The notes: generated by a model from the sequence alone, not told the origin. Shown: positions 39,451 through 49,140, counted from the first letter of the stretch. The stretch: 64,000 nt of DNA from Myxococcota bacterium (GCA_036012755.1 DASCPX010000016.1:170599-234598); one strand, 5' to 3'. Made by a program: numbers and translations.

Positions 39451-41123
39451 TCTGGATCGCGACCGCGCTGGCGACCACCGACTTCACCGGTACGCCCGTC
39501 ACCACCTACACCGGCGAGGAGACCTTCCTCCAGGACGGCTCCGTGCAGCTGTGGGGGCAGATCGAGCTCCACGAAGACGGAGACCGCCTGCTGTTTGTGC
39601 AAGAGGACTTCAACGACTCGCTGGAGTGGCCAGCGGACAGCGACTGGGCTCCGTGGATCCACCAGATGTTCGGCACGGGGGACCCTCACTCCTCGAACTT
39701 CCTGCTGCACTCGGCCCCGCTGGAGCCCATCTCGGAGGGCACGCCCATCCTGCTCGTCCCCGGGGCCGGAGACAACGGCAGCCGTGGCTTCATCGTGATG
39801 GCCTCGCGCCTGGACGGCAGCGGGCGGCCCGTGTTCGTCCTGACCTTCGCCCACCCCCACGGCGATGTCTTCATGCAGGCCGAGATCGTAGCGGATGCCA
39901 TCGAGCGCATCAGACAGCGGCGAGGCGTCTCCCAGGTCGACGTGGTAGGCCACAGCAAGGGAGCCATCGCCGCCGCCGTCTACGCCAGCAACCACTCTTC
40001 GGCCTCCTGGCCGAGCAGCGCCTATGAGCAGGTCGGGACCGAATATGCGAACGATATTCGCCGGTTCGTTGCGATCGGTGCTCCCCTGGACGGCATCGAC
40101 ACCGCCTACCGGTGGCCGGCCCAGAACTGGCTCTCTCTGGAGAGCGACGAGGCCTTCTCGCCCTCGTCCTGGAGCACCTACTACCCCTACACGACTGCCA
40201 ACCTGTACGTGACGCAGGACCTCTCCGAGCAGGACCACCTCTCTGATGGGGGCGACCTCTTTCCAGGCCACCGCCAGCTGCTTCGGCGCCAGGCGCACGC
40301 CCTGCCGGGTGAGTCCTTCCTCGGTCCGTACTCGGTCCAGCAGGACTGGTACACGACCTACGAGGGCGGCCTTGGCTACGTCAGCTGGAGCGAGGGCATC
40401 GACGCGGCCATCGACGACGCCGGCGACTTGCTGGCGGCGCTCGAGGAAAACGGCGTCGATCCAGAGGTCGAGCTCTTCGTGCTCGCCGGAGAGAACCCGC
40501 TCTTGCACAACGGCGCTGAGTACCAGTGGATCGCAGCCTTTGGAGAGAGCTGGGTGGACGTGGCCACCGCTGGCCTCGACGCGTGGGCCGAGCTGCTGGC
40601 AGAGGCCGCGGAGGAGGCTGGAGTCGTGGACATCGACCCGGACGAGCTCCGTGGGCTGGTGCAGGGCAAGCTCGTGCTCGGCGAGATCAGCGGGCCCTCC
40701 GACGGCCTGGTGTTCCTCTCCAGCGCGACGCGGGTCGAGACCCTCACCGGCCGAGGAGCGAGCGTCGGAGAGCTCCGCGTGGTCGACCTGGCCCACCTCG
40801 ATCTGCTCTATGCCTCTGAGATCACCGGACAGATCCTCATCGACGCCGGCGAGGCCGATCCAACGGAGGACGGCTGGATGCGGGCCGTCGGCGAGCGGTA
40901 TGTCGAGGCGGACACCCTCGGCTGGGTCGAGACGGTCCTCGCCGATCCCGACACCGACGAACCCGACATCGACGACACGGGGTTCGTCGAGGACGACGAC
41001 CCTGGCGATCCGGACGGCTCCGGGCGCCTTGCCCGCAACTGTGATGGATGCGCCAGCGGCACCGGGGCCCTCGGCGCGGCCTGGCTGGGGCTCCTGGTGC
41101 TGCGGAGGAGACGATGGAGTTGA
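39447..41123 (+). CDS. Exported lipase/esterase-like hydrolase with MYXO-CTERM-like C-terminal anchor
   Basis: PILLVPG, GHSKG, SDGLV, HLDL; tail GCASGTGALGAAWLGLLVLRRRR. Confidence 0.8.
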   Translation: MIWIATALATTDFTGTPVTTYTGEETFLQDGSVQLWGQIELHEDGDRLLFVQEDFNDSLEWPADSDWAPWIHQMFGTGDPHSSNFLLHSAPLEPISEGTPILLVPGAGDNGSRGFIVMASRLDGSGRPVFVLTFAHPHGDVFMQAEIVADAIERIRQRRGVSQVDVVGHSKGAIAAAVYASNHSSASWPSSAYEQVGTEYANDIRRFVAIGAPLDGIDTAYRWPAQNWLSLESDEAFSPSSWSTYYPYTTANLYVTQDLSEQDHLSDGGDLFPGHRQLLRRQAHALPGESFLGPYSVQQDWYTTYEGGLGYVSWSEGIDAAIDDAGDLLAALEENGVDPEVELFVLAGENPLLHNGAEYQWIAAFGESWVDVATAGLDAWAELLAEAAEEAGVVDIDPDELRGLVQGKLVLGEISGPSDGLVFLSSATRVETLTGRGASVGELRVVDLAHLDLLYASEITGQILIDAGEADPTEDGWMRAVGERYVEADTLGWVETVLADPDTDEPDIDDTGFVEDDDPGDPDGSGRLARNCDGCASGTGALGAAWLGLLVLRRRRWS

Positions 41124-41839
41124 GGGACGTCCGAGCGCTGGTGACCGGCGGCGCCAGCGGCATGGGGGCGCACTTCGTCGAGCGGCTCGGGGACGAAGGA
41201 GCCGGAGTCTTCTCCTGCGATATCCAGCCCTTGGACGGCGGGACCGTGGCGGACGTCTCCAGCGAGGAAGACGTGACCCGCTTGTTCCTGGAGGCCGAAG
41301 CGGCTCTGGGCGGGCCGGTGAACCTGCTCGTCAACAACGCCGGGATCATCCGGGACGGCCTGCTCGTCAAGCGCGATCGCGACACGGGAGAGCTCTCGAC
41401 CATGTCGACGACGAAGTGGCAGCAGGTCCTCGACGTGAACCTCACTGGCCCCTTCCTGTGCATGCGGGAGTTCGCTCGGCGGGCCATCGAGAGCGAGACG
41501 AAGCCGGGCCTCGCCGTCAACATGTCCTCCATCAGCCGGGCGGGGAACCCTGGCCAGAGCAACTACGCCGCCGCGAAGGCTGGCCTCGTCGCCGACACCG
41601 TGCTGTGGGCCAGGGAGTTGGCTCGGTACGGACTGCGGGTCGTCGCCATCGCCCCCGGCTTCGTGCGCACGCCGATGGTCGAGTCGATGCCGCCCCAGGC
41701 CCTCGAGCGCGCCCTGAAGCCCGTACCGATGCGTCGCCTCGGCGAGCCGGAGGAGATCTGGACTGCTCTTCGCTTCTGCATCGAGTGCAGCTACTTCACG
41801 GGCCGCGTGGTCGAAGTCGACGGCGGACTTCGCCTATAA
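41114..41839 (+). CDS. SDR oxidoreductase, FabG/PhaB-like ketoacyl reductase
   Basis: TGGASGMG, NNAGI, NYAAAKAG, APGFV; last gene of the pha operon. Confidence 0.9.
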   Translation: MELRDVRALVTGGASGMGAHFVERLGDEGAGVFSCDIQPLDGGTVADVSSEEDVTRLFLEAEAALGGPVNLLVNNAGIIRDGLLVKRDRDTGELSTMSTTKWQQVLDVNLTGPFLCMREFARRAIESETKPGLAVNMSSISRAGNPGQSNYAAAKAGLVADTVLWARELARYGLRVVAIAPGFVRTPMVESMPPQALERALKPVPMRRLGEPEEIWTALRFCIECSYFTGRVVEVDGGLRL

Positions 41840-41843
41840 CAGG

Positions 41844-43076
41844 TCAATATTGCTCGATGTTTTCATCGATCCAGGCCAGGCGCGCGGGGATCCACTCCCG
41901 GATCTTCTCAACCTCTGCGTCGTAGTCTTCGACCACGGGCAGGTAGCCTCCGAGGAAGTCGATGTCGTCCCAGACCCAGACCTCGAAGTTCTCGTAGGCG
42001 GCGTCACCGAGGAGCTCGCGCTGGGCCTCGAAGCGCGCCAGGGCTGCCTCGTCGGACAGCGTGCCCTCGCGGAGCTCGAACCAGCGCGCCGCCAGGGCCT
42101 CTGAGAAGCCCTCTGCGCTGGTCATCCTCGCCACCCACGTCGGTCTGTACAGGATCCAGCCGGTCGGCACGACGTTGTCGTTGTAGGTCGGCTGGCCGAA
42201 GGTGAGGTCGAGGTCCCAGGGGGTGAAGGCCATCAGGCCGGAGGCGTCCCGCCACAGGTGCACGCTCAGGTAGTAGGCGTCGTTGTTCTTCATGAACTCC
42301 TGCAAGAGCACGAAGTCGATCGCCGAGTCCCGATCGAGCACGTCGAAGATGGCGTCGGGATCGTCCAGGATCGCCGCCTGCCAGGAGGCGAGGATCTGTT
42401 GGATGGCGCTGATCTCCTCGGTGGTCGGCGCCTCTGGGTGGACGGGCGCCCAGGTGCCGAAGCCGACAGCGTCGTTCGGGTAGATCCCGCCCTGGTCGTC
42501 GAGCTTCAGCACGAAGCCCTCTTCGTCGATGTCGATGCGGGCGGCGTCCCGCTTGACCCGCTCGACCAGGAAGTAGATGCCCCAGTCGGCTCCGTCCAGG
42601 CGCAGCTGGCAGGTGCGGCTCTCTGGCCCGTAGTGCTCGGGGCTCCAGTCCTGGTACAGATCGTAGCCGTACTTGTTCCGCGTCAGGGCCCGGTCGATCC
42701 AGGCACCGTTGAGCACCCAGTCGCTCTCTGCGCCCATGCCGAAGAGATCGACCTCGAGGGCCTCTCCGTCCCTGCGCAGCTCGACGGCGTACTGCTTCTT
42801 CGGGAAGCCAGAAGAGCTCCGCCCGCGGATCTCGACCCCTGCCTCCCCGTCGAAGAGCACGAGCCCCTCGGCGTCGGCGATCTCGAGATCACAGTCGATC
42901 TTCGGCTCGTCGGGGATCGCCTGTCCGCAGTCCAGCTCGATGCGGCAGATGCCCTCCGCGACGCCCGGGACGTCCTCGACTCCGCTGTCGTCCGGGTCCT
43001 CGATGGGGATGGAGTCGGAGTCCACCGGCAGCGAGGGCACGCTCGGGTCGGTGCAGGACAACAAGGCGAGGACCAT
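41844..43076 (-). CDS. CotH kinase-family lipoprotein
   Basis: MVLALLSC; IRGRSS..FPKKQY, DRALTRN, YFLVE, NNDAY, PWDLDLTFG. Confidence 0.9.
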   Translation of the reverse strand: MVLALLSCTDPSVPSLPVDSDSIPIEDPDDSGVEDVPGVAEGICRIELDCGQAIPDEPKIDCDLEIADAEGLVLFDGEAGVEIRGRSSSGFPKKQYAVELRRDGEALEVDLFGMGAESDWVLNGAWIDRALTRNKYGYDLYQDWSPEHYGPESRTCQLRLDGADWGIYFLVERVKRDAARIDIDEEGFVLKLDDQGGIYPNDAVGFGTWAPVHPEAPTTEEISAIQQILASWQAAILDDPDAIFDVLDRDSAIDFVLLQEFMKNNDAYYLSVHLWRDASGLMAFTPWDLDLTFGQPTYNDNVVPTGWILYRPTWVARMTSAEGFSEALAARWFELREGTLSDEAALARFEAQRELLGDAAYENFEVWVWDDIDFLGGYLPVVEDYDAEVEKIREWIPARLAWIDENIEQY

Positions 43077-43643
43077 GCCGCATTGTCACCCGTTTCGCGC
43101 CGATCACTCCGGTTGATCCGCCCTCGCTGGCCCTGCGCACGCCTGGCGGCGGCAACGAGGCTCGCCGACCTTCGGGTTTGGCAACGCGTCGCCCCGTTGG
43201 CCCTCCTCGAAGTGTCCAGACACGCCTTCGTCGGGCCGTCTACCCAGCCGCACGCATTGCGGCGCGATCATCGAATCAACCTATGTGATCGGCGCGATAT
43301 CCTCGCCCCATGTTGGTTCTGTACATGCTGATGGCTCCCACCTGTGCGGGCTTCGGCGACGCGGGCTTCGGCGACGGACTCCGCCAAGAAAGAGTGGCGC
43401 GAGGAGGTCACGGAGCTCCTGTCGGTCCGGGACTGCAGCACCCCGGGCACGGTCGACTTCTACGCCTTCATCGGCGCGAACCACGTCTCGACGACCGTGG
43501 AGTACTCCCAGTGAGTGGGGCTCGGCGGTAGCATCGCCGCCTGGACGGCCACATGATCCTCCTCGCGCTCGCGCAGAGCCTGGACTCGTGAAGGCCGCGG
43601 CCGGCAGACGTACAGCTGAGCGCCGGGGCCTTCAGCTTCTGAG

Positions 43644-44318
43644 TCAGTCTTCGGCCGGGCTCGCGAAGTAGGCGTCGAGCCCCGCGTCCACCGCCCGGGC
43701 GAAGCGGTCCATCGTCTCCTCCTGCTGCCAGGCCTCGACCTCGGCGGGATCCCAGGCGTGGTGGGTCTCGATGATCACGCTCGGCATGGTCGGGCGGCGC
43801 AGCATGCGAAGCCCTCGCCGATCGAGGAAGACGCCGGGGGTCCCTTCCGCGTCGTAGGCGGCCTTGTAGTCGCGGCCGTCGTAGGCCACGAAGTCCTCGG
43901 CGAGCATCCCGTCTGCCAGCGAGCGTGCGAGGCGCAGACGCCCGTCCCGATCCTCTGGCTCGTCGGAGACCAGGATGGTGAAGCCGGGGTGGCCCAGGTT
44001 GCGCATGCACCCATCGACCTCGACGCCCTCCGACGTGGCCCGGGCGTCGGAGTGGAGCGACAGGAAGACCTCTGCGTCCCCTGCTGACGCCACCCGCTCG
44101 GCGTAGCCCGTCTGGTCCTCGCCCTCGCGGGTGAGGCGGACCTCGTACTCGGGCTCCAGGCGCTCCTCGAGCTCCAGGGCCACCCGGAGCATCTCGTCCT
44201 GCTCGGAGAGGCAGGTGGCGCCTGTGTTCCCGGGGTTGTCGGGCTCGCCGTGGCCGGGGTCGATGAGCACGCGGTGGGGACTGGCGAGAGCGACGGGGAT
44301 CAGCAGGAGCATGGACAC
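43644..44318 (-). CDS. N-acetylmuramoyl-L-alanine amidase (Amidase_3)
   Basis: VLIDPGHG, EQD, VRLTR, FLSLHSD, MPSVIIE. Confidence 0.9.
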   Translation of the reverse strand: MSMLLLIPVALASPHRVLIDPGHGEPDNPGNTGATCLSEQDEMLRVALELEERLEPEYEVRLTREGEDQTGYAERVASAGDAEVFLSLHSDARATSEGVEVDGCMRNLGHPGFTILVSDEPEDRDGRLRLARSLADGMLAEDFVAYDGRDYKAAYDAEGTPGVFLDRRGLRMLRRPTMPSVIIETHHAWDPAEVEAWQQEETMDRFARAVDAGLDAYFASPAED

Positions 44319-44394
44319 GTCGACAGCCTACGGAGCGCTGCGGTTCCATGCTTGCCATCACCACGCCGGTGGAGTGAGCTACGAGCGTGCTTGC

Positions 44395-45148
44395 TCAGTG
44401 ACGGGCAAAGGGCGCTTGCGGCCCGTCGATCGGGTTCCATCGCCAGCCCTCTGGGCTGGGGGCGCCGATCGGGAAGTCGACAGCGGGCTGCGGCGACTCG
44501 GGCCGAGCCTCTGATGGAAGGAAGACGACCATCACCAGCTCACCCTCGAAGGCCAGGTGCTCATCGCCACTGGGCTCGATCGAGTACGAGCGCCAGTACA
44601 GGGCGCGAGACGTGACGGCGAGCTGGTCGAAGAGCATGCCGATGCGGTTCCAGTCGCCGTCGAAGCCCACGCTCATCGCAGGTTCTGTGTGGAATGCGAA
44701 CTCGGGACCTTCCAGGTCTTCCGTGGCGACGATCTCCAGCGCAAGGTCGTTCCCGATACCCTCGAGCCGCTCTCGGAGTTTGTCCGCGTAGGGCTCGTCG
44801 GGCACCCGGCGCAGGCGCTCTTTCGCTTCGGCGACCGCGGTCCCCAAGGCCTCTGTGGCGGCGTCTCTGCCCGCGGGGTCCCGCTGGGCTGGCAGCGCGA
44901 GCTCGGCCTTGATGACGACGGCGACATCCCCGTCGAGGTCCTCGGTCGAGATCTCGGGGTTCGACGACGTAGCCGAAGCCCTTGTAGGCAGAGCCGGCTG
45001 CCAGGCATGCCTCGAGGTCACCTCCAGTGCAGGCCTGGGCCAGCTCCTCGGCGAGCGCCCGGTGATCCTCGACTCCGGTGATGGACATGGGAGGACACTT
45101 CGCGCAGTGGGCCGCGAGGAGAGTCGCCAGGAAGACGTGTCTCTTCGT
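44395..45148 (-). pseudogene. Degraded gene with PilO-like C-terminal domain
   Basis: N-part in the 44561-45088 frame, C-part in the 44395-45021 frame (shift near 44955); VPDEP...MSVGFDGDWNRIGMLFDQLA..SRAL is PilO-like; ACG follows the RBS. Confidence 0.45.
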
Positions 45149-45298
45149 CGGGTCCTATCTCCTGCAACACGGGCACGCAGTCACCTCGAGACGGCGCGGG
45201 GGTCGAGCTGGAGCTCACCCACCTCTACTGGCACTACTGACGCGCAACATTGCGGGATTCGATCGGCTAATGGTTCGCGCCCCCGGACGCAGGACCCC

Positions 45299-46549
45299 AT
45301 GGCCTTCGGAAAGATCCCCCGCTTCTCTCCCTCCTTCTCCGCGCGCGAGGCCCTCGTGGCCGCCCGCTACCTGAGCAGGAGTGGAGACGACACCCCCGTC
45401 GTCCGGAAGTTCGAGCAGGCCTTCTCGGAGTACATCGGCGCCGAGCACGCCGTCATGGTGCCCAGCGCCCGGTACGGCTTCCACCTCCTGTTGGCCGGCT
45501 GGGGCATCGGAGAGGGCGACGAGGTCATCCTGCCCGCCCTGACCTACTTCGCGATCCCGAGCCTGGCGATCGCCACCGGGGCGACCCCGGTCTTCGCGGA
45601 CATCGGGCTGACGACCCACGTGCTGGACCCGGGCGCCTTCGAGGCCGCCATCACGCCAAGGACCAAGGCGGTCGTGCCGACCCACCTCTTCGGCACCCCC
45701 TGCGACATGGAGCCGATCCGCAAGATCGCCGAGCTCCACGGGATCAAGGTCATCGAGGACGTCGCCCAGGCCACAGGCGCCCGCTACCAGGGTGCGCGCG
45801 TCGGCTCATTTGGCGACGCCAGCTACTTCACCTTCGGCCTGACGAAGAACATCACGACGCTCTCGGGCGCGATGATCACGACCAACGACGCCGAGCTCGC
45901 CGCGAACGTCCGGTCCAAGATGGAGGCCAGCGAGTGGGCCCCGCTCTCCGGCAGCGCGAAGGAGACCCTGACCGGGCTCGCGATGATGGTCGCCACCCAC
46001 CCCCTGGTCTACCCCTTCACGGTCCATCCGGCGGTGGTGCTCGGGAACCGCCTCGGCAAGGACCCGATCCACGAGCGCTTCGGCGAGGCGGAGAAGCGCT
46101 ACGACAGCGTGCCCGAGTACTACACGAAGGCCCGCCCCCGGGCGGTCCAGGCTGCCGTCGGGCTCAAGCAGCTCACCCGCATCGAGGCGCTCAACGGTGC
46201 CCGCATCCGCAACGGCCGCTTCCTCGATGACAACCTGGGCAGCGTGCAGGGCCTCACCGTGCCGAGCTACCCGGAGACCGCCGAGCCCATCTACATGAGC
46301 TTCGTCGTTCACCACGCCGACCGGGACGGCCTCGCCGCGGGCCTCCGCGACCGCGGAGTGGACACGACCATCGGCTACATGTCGAACTGCGCGAACAACC
46401 CGCTGTTCTCTGAGTTCTCTGCCCGCTGCCCCAACGCCGAGCGCGCCTTCACGGACCTTCTCCACATCCCGGTCCACCCCAATCTTTCGAACTCCGATCT
46501 TCGGCACATGTGCGAAGCTGTTCGCCAGGCGGCCCTAGGTCTCACGTGA
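45299..46549 (+). CDS. DegT/DnrJ/EryC1/StrS-family PLP aminotransferase
   Basis: GEGDEVILPALTY, TKAVVPTHLFG, IEDVAQA, FTFGLTKNI. Confidence 0.93.
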   Translation: MAFGKIPRFSPSFSAREALVAARYLSRSGDDTPVVRKFEQAFSEYIGAEHAVMVPSARYGFHLLLAGWGIGEGDEVILPALTYFAIPSLAIATGATPVFADIGLTTHVLDPGAFEAAITPRTKAVVPTHLFGTPCDMEPIRKIAELHGIKVIEDVAQATGARYQGARVGSFGDASYFTFGLTKNITTLSGAMITTNDAELAANVRSKMEASEWAPLSGSAKETLTGLAMMVATHPLVYPFTVHPAVVLGNRLGKDPIHERFGEAEKRYDSVPEYYTKARPRAVQAAVGLKQLTRIEALNGARIRNGRFLDDNLGSVQGLTVPSYPETAEPIYMSFVVHHADRDGLAAGLRDRGVDTTIGYMSNCANNPLFSEFSARCPNAERAFTDLLHIPVHPNLSNSDLRHMCEAVRQAALGLT

Positions 46550-47724
46550 AGCTGAACCTCCGGAACTACGCGCGCATCGCCCGGGCCGCAGCGACCCGGA
46601 AGGTCCCGGTCTACGCCCACTTCGGCATCACCCATCGCTGCGATCTGACCTGCAAGATGTGCGGCATCTGGCGCTACGGGAACAAGAAGGAAGAGCTCTC
46701 GATCGACCAGATCAAGCAAATGGCCGCGCGCATGCGGCGGCTCGGGGTGGTCCAGATCTCGATCGGCGGCGGCGAGCCCTTCGCCTGCGAGGAGATCGAG
46801 TGGGCGGCGAAGGCCTTCGTGGACGAGGGCCTCACCGTGCGGGTCCTCACCAACGGCGTGAACGTGACGACCGAGCGGCTCGACCGCGCGATCGACTTCG
46901 GCGTCAAGAACTTCAGCATCTCGCTGGACAGCCTCTACCCGGTCCGCTTCGACTACATCTGCGAGGTCGAAGGCAGCTGGGACAGGGCCGTCCGCAACAT
47001 GGTCTACCTCAGCGACAAGCTGCGCGGCTCCGGCGGCATGCTGATCCTGAACTGCGTGGTCTCGAACCTGAACCTCGAGGAGTGCCCCGACATCGTGCGC
47101 TTCGCGAAGGAGCTGGGCTTCGCGGTCAGCTTCCTCCCCATCGAGCTCCTCCCCGACGCCAAGGCCGGGGTGCGGAACTGGGAGGCCCGCTTCATCCGCT
47201 ACCGCCCGGAGATGGGCCTGGAGGCCGGACCCCAGGACGACGTCACCGGGCGCATCGACCGCGCCTACGACACGCTGATCCGGATGAAGAAGGAGGGCTG
47301 GCCGGTCCTGAACTCCACGCCGTATCTCGAGTCCAGCCGCGTCTACTTGAAGACCGGTCGCTTCCCGGCGGACGGCTGTGACGCCGGCGCGCTGTACTTC
47401 TCGATCTCGCCCAACGGCCAGTTCACCATCTGCCACCGCACCTCGCACGGCTACAAGCACTTCCTCGACCCGGACTTCGAGGAGTTCTTCCGCTCCGTCG
47501 AGTACGACTACAAGCGCAAGATGGAAGCCGGCGCTTGCGAGGGCTGCATGCGGGCCTGCTGGATCGACACGAGCTCCATGTTCCGCACCCTCGAGGGCTT
47601 CTTCGAGACCGCCCAGCTCAACCTGAGACCGCAGCTGGGGACTCCCTGCACCCTCGACGAGGCGATGGCCTGGGCGAGGTACGACGGCGTCGACATCGTC
47701 CCCGGAAAGGTCTCCGCCAAGTAG
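46546..47724 (+). CDS. Radical SAM protein with SPASM/twitch domain
   Basis: CDLTCKMC, GGGEP, CDAG..ISPNGQFTIC, CEGCMRAC; GTGA-coupled. Confidence 0.9.
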   Translation: MKLNLRNYARIARAAATRKVPVYAHFGITHRCDLTCKMCGIWRYGNKKEELSIDQIKQMAARMRRLGVVQISIGGGEPFACEEIEWAAKAFVDEGLTVRVLTNGVNVTTERLDRAIDFGVKNFSISLDSLYPVRFDYICEVEGSWDRAVRNMVYLSDKLRGSGGMLILNCVVSNLNLEECPDIVRFAKELGFAVSFLPIELLPDAKAGVRNWEARFIRYRPEMGLEAGPQDDVTGRIDRAYDTLIRMKKEGWPVLNSTPYLESSRVYLKTGRFPADGCDAGALYFSISPNGQFTICHRTSHGYKHFLDPDFEEFFRSVEYDYKRKMEAGACEGCMRACWIDTSSMFRTLEGFFETAQLNLRPQLGTPCTLDEAMAWARYDGVDIVPGKVSAK

Positions 47725-47728
47725 GTCC

Positions 47729-48415
47729 TCAGAAGAGCTCGCCGCGAACGCCCGCCGAGACGAGGAACCCGCGGTACGTCGCCCAGTCGGTCTCTGGCGC
47801 GTAGCCGCCCATCGCCCGGACGAACCACGAGCCGTGGTCGTAGGTGTAGCCAGCGACCGGCGTCAGCCCGAGCAGTCCGAGGCGGGCCCGATGCCCGCCG
47901 TAGATGACCGACAAACCGAGCTCCTGGAACTCGCCGCGGGCGGGATCCCAGTAGCGCTCGCCGTCCCAGTCGGACTCCCAGCTGTGGGCGGCGAAGGGCG
48001 TTCGGGTCGCATCGACAACGACGCGCTCGCCCCCCGCTTCGAGGGCCCAGCCGATGCCGATGCCGGTGCGATCGTCGTACTCGTCGCTCTCGGAGAGCTT
48101 CAGCCAGGCGCCGCTCTGGAGGTGGAAGCCGAAGCGGATGTGCTCCTGGTCCACGATCAGGGTGCGCACTCCGAAGTGTGGGAGGACGCCCATGTCGTAG
48201 TCGTCGTAGGCGAGCCCGATCGTCAGCGTCGCGCGATCGTGGAGGTCGACGTGGGTCTCCAGCAGCCCCCCCTCGAAGCGCGCGCGGGTGGAAGAGTCGG
48301 TCACCTGGAAGCCGGTCACCGAGGCTGTGACCTCGCCGTCGCTACCGGGCGCGGCGCCTACGAGGAAGGCGCCGGAAGGCACGGCGGCACCTGCAAGAGA
48401 GACCCACAACAACAT
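47729..48415 (-). CDS. Hypothetical exported beta-strand protein
   Basis: MLLWVSLAGA signal; amphipathic strands; terminal Phe. Confidence 0.6.
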   Translation of the reverse strand: MLLWVSLAGAAVPSGAFLVGAAPGSDGEVTASVTGFQVTDSSTRARFEGGLLETHVDLHDRATLTIGLAYDDYDMGVLPHFGVRTLIVDQEHIRFGFHLQSGAWLKLSESDEYDDRTGIGIGWALEAGGERVVVDATRTPFAAHSWESDWDGERYWDPARGEFQELGLSVIYGGHRARLGLLGLTPVAGYTYDHGSWFVRAMGGYAPETDWATYRGFLVSAGVRGELF

Positions 48416-48546
48416 CGCTACTCCCGAGCCCTGCACCTGGAGTGTACCGGCGTCTCTCCGGAGGCGTCAGGCCCCTGTCGCAAAGCAGTCGTTGACCTCG
48501 CCTGCTGTTTTGAGAAAAATTAGTCACCAGGAAGGAAAAAAAATAA

Positions 48547-49140
48547 GCAGGACCGCTCCCCGTCCTCTATGTGGACGACGAGGAGGGAAACCTCTTCGTC
48601 TTCGAGGAGGCCATGGAGGGCCTCTTCCCGGTCCACCTCGTGTCCTCAGCCAGCGAGGCCCTGCGCTTCATGGAGGAGCACGAGGTCGCCATCCTGGTGA
48701 CCGACCAGCGCATGCCGCAGATGACCGGCATCGAGCTCTGCGAGATCGCCCGGCGGCGCCATCCGGGCGTGCGCCGCGTCCACGCGCTGCGCGAGGCCCT
48801 CGACGAGAGCGGCTCGATCCTCCCGACCGCCGCGATGGAGACGCTGGCCGGCGAGATGGACTGCCTCGACGAGGCGGTCAACTACCTCTTGGGGCTTCAC
48901 CAGCGCACCCGCCGCCTGTCCCTCAGGAACACGAGCCAGAAGGGCCGCGTGCTCCTGGCCGAGATCAGGGAGCGGCTCTTCGAGCCCTTCCGGACGACCC
49001 GTCATGACAGCGGCGGGACGGGGCTCGGCCTCAGCATCTGCCGCTCGCTCGCCAAGAGCAACGACGGGAGCATCGCCCTGTTGCCCAGCCCGACGGGCAC
49101 GACCTTCGAGGTGCGCCTGCCCAGGGCGACGGCCACCTGA
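48547..49140 (+). pseudogene. Remnant hybrid receiver/histidine kinase
   Basis: PVLYVDDE..TDQRMP receiver has no start (TAA at 48544) and lacks its C-half; joined to F/G2 boxes LFEPFRTT..GTGLGLSI. Confidence 0.7.

Noticed and set aside
43344..43514. Short coding-like frame (..KKEWREEVTELLSVRDC..)
   Set aside because: No RBS or recognisable family; likely an eroded fragment, so not called as a gene
45299..47724. Hopanoid genes hpnH/hpnO
   Set aside because: The aminotransferase is DegT-type rather than class III, and no other hopanoid genes are present
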